32,804 nt of DNA from positions 1-32,804 of IMG/VR virus record IMGVR_UViG_3300037483_000307. One strand, 5' to 3'. The translations under genes and the position numbers were made by a program. The DNA is from a virus. Lineage: Duplodnaviria > Caudoviricetes. The notes under the pieces are model-generated. The model did not search any database. It was not told where the DNA came from and was given only the letters and a program-made list of their open reading frames with translations. Of this stretch, positions 27,397 through 32,804 are shown piece after piece; position 1 is the stretch's first letter, and every line of letters starts with the position of its first letter.

Positions 27397-27920
27397 CTGT
27401 TATCTGTTAATAGTTTTTCGATTTCTGTTGATAATTGATATTTTGTTTTAACTTGCTCAACGGTAAAACCGTTTTTTAAGGATTCTTTAACCACTTTAAA
27501 TTTTGGGTGTTTTTCATCTAAAATAGGGAGTTTTATTGCCAGTCCTTTCACTCTAATCCCGTCCACTATTTCGCCCATCATTTTAACGCCTTTATCAACA
27601 AATAATTCAATTTCTAATCCAACCCAGTTTCCTATATTTCTTGAAGCAACATCATCAACTCCCTTTGCGTTTCTAATTAATCCAGCTATCTTTTTTCTGT
27701 TTGTAGAATTAACCACCATCGGTTTAATATCAATTCCATCAAATTCGAGAAAATAACCGTCTGTTTTGTTACCCGAAACATTTACACCTTTAGAGTAGTA
27801 GGCTTCTTTTATTTTTAATACACATTTGCCTTTTTCGGCAATTATGCTTTCAACATCAACACTAGCGAGGTGAGTTGATTTCCTATATTTTAAACAGTCA
27901 ATATTGATTTCCTTTTCCAT
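27393..27920 (-). CDS. putative ssDNA-binding/annealing protein partnering the exonuclease
   Basis: KPMVVNSTN.K.I...W.G..IEL...GIRV pattern; directly upstream of the exonuclease with overlapping stop/start. Confidence 0.55.
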   Translation of the reverse strand: MEKEINIDCLKYRKSTHLASVDVESIIAEKGKCVLKIKEAYYSKGVNVSGNKTDGYFLEFDGIDIKPMVVNSTNRKKIAGLIRNAKGVDDVASRNIGNWVGLEIELFVDKGVKMMGEIVDGIRVKGLAIKLPILDEKHPKFKVVKESLKNGFTVEQVKTKYQLSTEIEKLLTDNR

Positions 27921-27924
27921 AATT

Positions 27925-28056
27925 TTATTTATTATCAAATTCATATTCTTTTTTACAGGTTTTTGAGCAAAATTGCCCCGAACAAGGGCAACCGCAATTT
28001 TCGCAATACATTATTTCTTCTTTAATTTCCGAAATATTTGGATTTACTTTTTTCAT
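27925..28056 (-). CDS. small Cys-rich Zn-finger protein
   Basis: CENCGCPCSGQFCSKTC; start MKKVN chosen. Confidence 0.55.
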   Translation of the reverse strand: MKKVNPNISEIKEEIMYCENCGCPCSGQFCSKTCKKEYEFDNK

Positions 28057-28067
28057 ATTTTTTAGTT

Positions 28068-28262
28068 TTAATTTAACCACAACGTTACCGTTACTTTTTC
28101 GCTTGCCTCCCAAAATAACCAGGTCATTCTATCAGCTTTGTAAACTTCTAAATTTTGCTGTTTAGCAAAATCATAAACTTCTGCTCCAACTTTGTTAAAA
28201 GTTAAATCAATAAATAGTCCTGAACTTTCAGCAACTTCAATTATTTTCAATATCTCTTTCAT
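28068..28262 (-). CDS. hypothetical protein
   Basis: 64-aa ORF, coupled to its neighbours. Confidence 0.55.
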   Translation of the reverse strand: MKEILKIIEVAESSGLFIDLTFNKVGAEVYDFAKQQNLEVYKADRMTWLFWEASEKVTVTLWLN

Positions 28263-28480
28263 AATTTTAATGATTTGTAAAATTCCAAATTTTCATCAAT
28301 TTCTTCAAAAGGCATTTTATTTACTTTAAAGAAACTTTTCATTTCCTCCGACTCCTCTATCTTAATATCGACAGCCATTTTAACTATTGATTTGCCTAAA
28401 ATAGAATAGGTCATTTGAGCGTTTGTCGAAAACTGCAATAGAATCGTATTAACCAGTTCTTTGTATTTATCTTTTTTCAT
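28259..28480 (-). CDS. hypothetical protein
   Basis: 73-aa ORF, coupled to its neighbours. Confidence 0.55.
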   Translation of the reverse strand: MKKDKYKELVNTILLQFSTNAQMTYSILGKSIVKMAVDIKIEESEEMKSFFKVNKMPFEEIDENLEFYKSLKL

Positions 28481-28703
28481 ATTTTTTTATTATTTCGTCA
28501 ATGTGTTTTTCGATTACATCGAGCATAGTTGTTGATTTAATAGCACAAATAATCTTAAATTTTTTATGCTTTTCTTTCGGGATCAGGAGACTAATTGCCT
28601 GTAGTTCTTTTTCCATTTCAATTATTAATTTTTTTTGAAAAGCAGCTACAGGATTACCCTCCTTTCTATTTTTATCAATTTTTGCTTTTAATTTATCTTT
28701 CAT
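28467..28703 (-). CDS. ribbon-helix-helix (ParG/Arc-like) DNA-binding protein
   Basis: AISLLIPKEKHKKFKIICAIKSTTMLDVIEKHIDE fits the RHH pattern. Confidence 0.65.
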   Translation of the reverse strand: MKDKLKAKIDKNRKEGNPVAAFQKKLIIEMEKELQAISLLIPKEKHKKFKIICAIKSTTMLDVIEKHIDEIIKKYEKR

Positions 28704-28704
28704 A

Positions 28705-29322
28705 TTAGTTTATTTTTAAAAATTCGTTATATTTTTCTTCTGTTTCAAAAGACCATCCTGAAAAGTATTCAGTCATATTGTAAGATTTGTAAGAGCTATC
28801 AAACCAACCGTATTTTCCATTCATTTCTTGTGCTGTTTTATAAAAAAATGAAGGTATTGTTGTTGTTCTTTCAATTTTTTTTGCATTGGTTTGTAAAAAA
28901 TCTAATTTTCTTACTTCTAAAATTTTCTTTTCATCGGCTGCATTTTTTGCAGCAATTTTTGAAAGGTTTAATTTTTCAAAATAATCATCCCAATTTGTAG
29001 CAGCATCAACAATTTCAGCAGCGTTTAAGAAATAAGTTTTCTTCATGCCGCCACCATAAGCCTTTGGAAGTAAACCTGCGTGATGCCACTCCATATTTGG
29101 CACGGCATACAATAAAGTCTCTTTTACTTCCTCAACTGTTAAGCCGGTTGCTTTTGCAAACATCTGATTTGCCTTTCCAAGCGTCAATTTACCATCATCA
29201 CATTTCGCATCTTCATGTCTGTTGCTGGCGAATTTACAATCACTTAAACCACCACCAATGTTGTAATTTTCTTTATATTTTTTCGAAGAATATTTTGCGA
29301 TTATTTTTTCTAATTTTTTCAT
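28705..29322 (-). CDS. hypothetical early protein
   Basis: 205 aa; S.R..DA..G, EWHHAG, TYF motifs. Confidence 0.65.
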   Translation of the reverse strand: MKKLEKIIAKYSSKKYKENYNIGGGLSDCKFASNRHEDAKCDDGKLTLGKANQMFAKATGLTVEEVKETLLYAVPNMEWHHAGLLPKAYGGGMKKTYFLNAAEIVDAATNWDDYFEKLNLSKIAAKNAADEKKILEVRKLDFLQTNAKKIERTTTIPSFFYKTAQEMNGKYGWFDSSYKSYNMTEYFSGWSFETEEKYNEFLKIN

Positions 29323-29360
29323 TTTTGCAAGTTTTTATATGTTTCTGGCAATATTGCCGT

Positions 29361-29771
29361 TTATCTTATTTCTTTTTTAACCAATTCGATTTCTTCTTTC
29401 GTAGCAAATTTGCTAAGCGTTGGACAATTAATGTCCACATTAAATTTTTGATTTAAAAAATTCATATCAAAAATTGTCGAGTTAATTTTTTCAGCGTTAA
29501 AATTTCGTAAATGAGATAATAAACTAAAGGCTTTCAATTCAAACAATGATTGTGCCCCAGAAATTGCGGCCCCTTTTTCTTTATTATAAATTGCTTCTGC
29601 GAAATTGCTTCCATTTCCGTTCATATAATCAATATTATTTTCTTTATCAAAAATAAAAGCATCAAAATTATTTTCGTCAAATACAAGGTAGTCCGTGTCG
29701 TTTGTAAACCTGCTACTGCCTAATGCTCTTAGTGCTTGACCTCCTATTAATATTTTGTTTTTGTAAATCAT
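29361..29771 (-). CDS. minimal nucleotidyltransferase (pol-beta superfamily, AbiEii/MenT/DUF6036-like motif)
   Basis: LIGGQAL..LGSSR.T.DTDYLV (GG.A..R.T.D.D) and a C-terminal LK...D motif. Confidence 0.7.
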   Translation of the reverse strand: MIYKNKILIGGQALRALGSSRFTNDTDYLVFDENNFDAFIFDKENNIDYMNGNGSNFAEAIYNKEKGAAISGAQSLFELKAFSLLSHLRNFNAEKINSTIFDMNFLNQKFNVDINCPTLSKFATKEEIELVKKEIR

Positions 29772-29775
29772 ATGG

Positions 29776-29923
29776 TAAAAGTAAGCAAACTATTTTAATA
29801 TATAACTATAAAACTACAATTATTTTTCAAAAAACGCTGTTTCTGAAAATGAGAGAGATTAATTTAAGACCTTAATTAATTATTAATATTATTTATTTGT
29901 TTGCTTATTTTTACTTATTTTTG
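29776..29923. promoter_or_regulatory. divergent promoter region
   Basis: AT-rich gap between divergent operons; minus-strand TACTTTTA (29776-29783) and plus-strand TTTG(29896)...TATTTTTG(29916-29923). Confidence 0.55.
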
Positions 29924-29949
29924 CTTAATTGTTTAATAAATAAAACAAT

Positions 29950-30237
29950 ATGAATACACCACAGACCCCCCAATTACCTAAACATAGTGTTACCGCAAGT
30001 GCTGTTATAGGCAGGTTTATTTGTTCATTTAAGGGTCATTTTCCTGAGAAATATTTAAACGAAAACGATGGGTGGATTTGCGCTACCAGATGTAAAAGGT
30101 GCCATAGCACTTTGATGGGTGGGTTTACTTGGAAGTTTAAACAAATTCCACCCCCAAATTCAAATGAACAGCAGATAAAAAAATGGGAAAAATATTGTGA
30201 AGATAAATGGCAGTCGCTTCGGGAAACTTGCTACTAA
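29950..30237 (+). CDS. hypothetical protein spanning a GTTA core (cassette-like)
   Basis: C...GH...C.RC Zn-type motif; Val14 is the GTT core at 29989; the stop is the TAA of TAAC at 30235. Confidence 0.65.
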   Translation: MNTPQTPQLPKHSVTASAVIGRFICSFKGHFPEKYLNENDGWICATRCKRCHSTLMGGFTWKFKQIPPPNSNEQQIKKWEKYCEDKWQSLRETCY

Positions 30238-30331
30238 CAGCCTGTGTTATGTTGGTGCGTAGGGTTTTCGAGCGAGGGGCAGTTAAATATTTTAAATTAA
30301 ATTTTTGCGAGGGATTATTAAAACTAAAAAA

Positions 30332-30709
30332 ATGAGAACAATTAAATTTAGGGCTTGGACCGGAAAGGAAATGAGATACGATGTAAACATAAACGATGGG
30401 AAGCCTGTTAGAAAAGGGTACCAATGGTTTAATGAGGAAAATGATGTTCACGATTCAAGCCCATTGCAATATATAGGCTTTAGCGATAAAAGCAATAAAG
30501 AAATATACGAGGGCGATATTGTGGAAATAATACATCCTTGCTGGTCTGCAATTTGTGAAACGAAATTTATAGATGGTGCTTTTTGGTTTATTGAAAAAAA
30601 TAAACCTGAGAACAACTCACAAGTTAGATCAGATAAGTTTTTAAACCAAAAATGGGATATAAAAATAATTGGAAATATTTATGAAACTTCACATCGTAAA
30701 TTAATATGA
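30332..30709 (+). CDS. YopX-family protein
   Basis: MRTIKFRAW, LQYIG..DK...EIYEGDIV, IIGNIYE. Confidence 0.88.
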   Translation: MRTIKFRAWTGKEMRYDVNINDGKPVRKGYQWFNEENDVHDSSPLQYIGFSDKSNKEIYEGDIVEIIHPCWSAICETKFIDGAFWFIEKNKPENNSQVRSDKFLNQKWDIKIIGNIYETSHRKLI

Positions 30710-30960
30710 AAAAAAAAGAAGATTATTTAAACGATTTAGCAAAATTAGCATTTAAAATAGATGATGTTTTGCAAAAGCAACAAGAGCGTTCAGAAAGATT
30801 AGTGCAAATGGCTAGACTTGCAACCCAAGGATTAAAGGAAAGTCCTGAATTTAAAAAATTAGAGCAAGAATTTAAACATCCGCAATTTACAGGTCCAAGC
30901 GAGGAAATGCACGACTTGAGAGTTATAGTTAAGAGATTGCGGAAGTATAAGTTTTTATAA
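30706..30960 (+). CDS. hypothetical protein
   Basis: 84-aa helical ORF overlapping the YopX stop. Confidence 0.6.
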   Translation: MKKKEDYLNDLAKLAFKIDDVLQKQQERSERLVQMARLATQGLKESPEFKKLEQEFKHPQFTGPSEEMHDLRVIVKRLRKYKFL

Positions 30961-31044
30961 AACGCGAGTAAATGTAGCAACTTGTAAACGACCCCCAATT
31001 TGCTATATAAAATGTTAGGGATTGTCATTTAATACTATAAAAAT

Positions 31045-31296
31045 ATGTTTACACTTGAATTAGGGCAAATCGCCAAAGACAAATTAACAGGATTTAAAGG
31101 CATCTTAACCGCAAGGTGTGAGTTTTTAACTGGTTGCAACAGATATTGCATTCAACCGCAGCAATTAAAAGACGGTAAGCCAATTGATAGCATTTATTTT
31201 GACGAAGCTCAAATCGAAATCATCAACGAAGGTATTTCCGAAAAAGATGTACAAGGAGAGAAAAAAGGAGCGTGTTCACCTTGCCCATCGAAATAG
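31045..31296 (+). CDS. phage hypothetical protein
   Basis: LG...KD..TGFKG...AR.EFLTGC..Y...P.....FDE pattern. Confidence 0.7.
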   Translation: MFTLELGQIAKDKLTGFKGILTARCEFLTGCNRYCIQPQQLKDGKPIDSIYFDEAQIEIINEGISEKDVQGEKKGACSPCPSK

Positions 31297-31409
31297 TATC
31301 AACGGGGCTGTTATTAGAACTACAAAATATCAATTAACCACTGCACCCGCAATTTCTTGTAAGCATTTGTTATGCTCTCGTTTTGCGTGTGTGGGCAAAT
31401 CAAACTAAA

Positions 31410-31628
31410 ATGGAAATTAAATACACGAATGACAAAAAAGGTAAGGCACAGAGCTGGGACGCCACAAGTTCATTAACAGAGGGAAATAGTTGGACTAATT
31501 TTGAAGTGCATTTAGAGGGTAGTGCAGTAAATGAATGGTCGGCAAAAATGAACTTGGTAGAAGCTGCTGAAAAACTAATTGGTCACTTGCAGACGTTGTG
31601 CGAGGAGGCAAAGCAAAATGGTGCATAA
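31410..31628 (+). CDS. hypothetical protein in module 31369-31629
   Basis: ATG after an A-rich tract; the stop is the TAA of the TAAC core. Confidence 0.6.
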   Translation: MEIKYTNDKKGKAQSWDATSSLTEGNSWTNFEVHLEGSAVNEWSAKMNLVEAAEKLIGHLQTLCEEAKQNGA

Positions 31629-31637
31629 CGTTGAATT

Positions 31638-31727
31638 ATGAACGAACCAGGAAGCAAAATATACACAAACCTATATTTAGAAGATTTACCAAATGAAAAA
31701 TGGGTAGACACTTTTGGTTATGATTAA
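31638..31727 (+). pseudogene. truncated NUMOD4 (HNH homing endonuclease N-terminus) remnant
   Basis: MNEPGSKIYTNLYLEDLPNEKWVDTFGYD* matches the start of NUMOD4 (E.W..I.GY.G.Y.VSN.GRV) and then stops. Confidence 0.55.
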
Positions 31728-31830
31728 AAAACCAAAGCAAAATATATTAGTAAGTTTTTACCTAATTGGTGAGGTACGAGCGTTGGCAAAAAAATATTTT
31801 AATTATGGGTAAACAAGCACAAACGATTGA

Positions 31831-31870
31831 ATTAACGGATTAAAACTATAAAAATGGATATTGAAACACA
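31831..31870 (+). repeat. 40-bp perfect direct repeat, copy 1
   Basis: attaacggattaaaactataaaaatggatattgaaacaca. Confidence 0.95.
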
Positions 31871-32126
31871 ACTCATGAATGAACTTGCAGAAAATGGCAC
31901 AGAGCTGGGAAGAAAATTATTTCTAAAATGGCAAGAAGAACGAATAAAAACAAAAGAAAGGTTAATAGGAAAACTAAAGGCTGTTAATAATAATTGCGAT
32001 TTAGCCGATGTTAGCGGTTCGTTAGAAGCCGCATCAAGGCAATATCAAAAAGGGTTTAAACAGGCTTTAAAAGACATAAAGACTTACGGATTGGAACAGG
32101 TTTTAGCGTCTTACAATGACTGCTAA
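31854..32126 (+). CDS. hypothetical protein reading through the GTTA core at 32010
   Basis: ...CDLAD|VSGSL...; the stop is the TAA of TAAC at 32124. Confidence 0.65.
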   Translation: MDIETQLMNELAENGTELGRKLFLKWQEERIKTKERLIGKLKAVNNNCDLADVSGSLEAASRQYQKGFKQALKDIKTYGLEQVLASYNDC

Positions 32127-32252
32127 CGGCATTGGGCTAAACGCAGTAGGGGTTTCCTACCTGTAAAGATGGAATGGCAGACAATTTAAGTTTAACTTTG
32201 TTCTTGATTGTTTGGACGACATCCCCCTATTGCGTTTTAGCCCATGTTATGG
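32121..32252 (+). repeat. complete attC-like imperfect inverted repeat
   Basis: TAACggcatTGGGCTAAACGCAGTAGGGG ... CCCCTATTGCGTTTTAGCCCAtGTTA. Confidence 0.8.
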
Positions 32253-32375
32253 GATAGGTGGGGCATAGGTGAATTTGGTTGAAAGCGGAAACGCTGGATG
32301 TACTTCTGACACCGAAGAAGCCGAAAGCTTTGCGCCCCACTTTACCATAACGTTTTGCAGCTAAACGAAGTTATT

Positions 32376-32415
32376 ATTAACGGATTAAAACTATAAAAAT
32401 GGATATTGAAACACA
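32376..32415 (+). repeat. 40-bp perfect direct repeat, copy 2 (start codon followed by an early stop)
   Basis: Identical to 31831-31870; abuts the spanin stop at 32417. Confidence 0.95.
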
Positions 32416-32416
32416 T

Positions 32417-32804
32417 TTAAAATAAACTACGAATTATGGCCCCAACCCCAACTCCAACGAAAAAACTTTTGATTTTTCTTTTCTTTTGTTTCTTTATTTC
32501 CTGGTCTTTTTCGGAAACAATAACCTCATAATTGTCTATTACCGTGTCTTTTATATTGTTTTGATTTTCCAAATTAACGATAATTTCATTTTTTACGGAC
32601 AGATTTTGTCCGCAAATGGAATCGGTTGAATCTTGAATTGCTATTAATGAATCTACGAATTTTTTGGGTAAACATTCTATTGTGTCATTTAAAACCGTAT
32701 CAAAGACGGTCAAATACTTTGTTTTTATCATAACTCGTACGCTATCTTTTCGATTTAACACTTTTTTGTAGTCTTCGTTTAAAGAATCGTTTAAACCGCT
32801 TAAA
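32417..32804 (-). CDS. 3' part of putative spanin (joined to 122..1)
   Basis: Frame open to the window end; coiled-coil region, then KKRKIK plus a hydrophobic C-terminus SFFVGVGVGAIIRSLF. Confidence 0.75.
   Translation of the reverse strand, partial: LSGLNDSLNEDYKKVLNRKDSVRVMIKTKYLTVFDTVLNDTIECLPKKFVDSLIAIQDSTDSICGQNLSVKNEIIVNLENQNNIKDTVIDNYEVIVSEKDQEIKKQKKRKIKSFFVGVGVGAIIRSLF

Larger units (their letters stand above)
29970..32383 (+). mobile_element. array of attC-like (TAAC...GTTA) sites and gene-cassette-like modules, no integrase
   Basis: GTTA cores at 29989, 30246, 31014, 31369, 32010, 32246; (T)AAC cores at 30235, 30961, 31626, 32124, 32348; complementary arms read by eye. Confidence 0.65.

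Noticed and set aside
215-29456. Plus-strand ORFs in the track (e.g. 215-460, 3719-4069, 10653-10985, 11170-11598, 29064-29456)
   Set aside because: They lie antisense to well-supported minus-strand genes and have no recognisable motifs; treated as shadow ORFs.
31297-31372. Complete attC-like site after ORF 31045-31296
   Set aside because: A right arm and GTTA are present, but no complementary left arm or match to the 31014 module start was found; counted only as a half site.
30137-31408. ORFs 30137-30451(-), 30723-31028(-) and 31184-31408(+)
   Set aside because: They overlap better-supported plus-strand genes in antisense or alternative frames.
29950-32415. CRISPR array or classical integron
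   Set aside because: No identical regularly spaced repeats, no cas genes and no intI/attI recognisable; the sites share structure and cores, not sequence.
1-32804. Stop-codon reassignment, tRNA genes, diversity-generating retroelement, lysogeny module
   Set aside because: Core genes are intact in code 11 with dense packing; no cloverleaf, reverse transcriptase, integrase or CI-like repressor was recognised by eye (tRNAscan-SE and HMM searches would be needed to confirm).

Overview
The window reads as a complete, circularly joined 32,804-bp genome of an AT-rich tailed (siphovirus-like) phage. A minus-strand ORF starting at 122 runs in frame through position 1 into 32804 and on to 32417. A Bacteroidota host is inferred from TAnnTTTG promoter boxes, a BT4734/VirE-type primase, DUF5675 and D-S/T glycosylation sequons. 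Almost all genes lie on the minus strand, in this transcriptional order: early/accessory genes (nucleotidyltransferase, RHH regulator, recombination pair), putative origin, primase-helicase, SNF2 helicase, VRR-NUC, terminase, tail genes, tape measure, a 3-glycosyltransferase + methyltransferase cluster, head genes, portal, Ig/LamG protein and lysis cassette. No integrase, repressor, DNA polymerase, tRNA or CRISPR array was recognised. The most unusual part is the plus-strand island at about 29950-32415. It is an array of small modules bounded by GTTA...TAAC cores with extended, module-specific complementary arms (attC-like). ORFs read in frame across some cores, and a perfect 40-bp direct repeat would, if excised, give a 545-bp circle with all arms paired. 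All assignments come from reading motifs by eye; no database searches were run.
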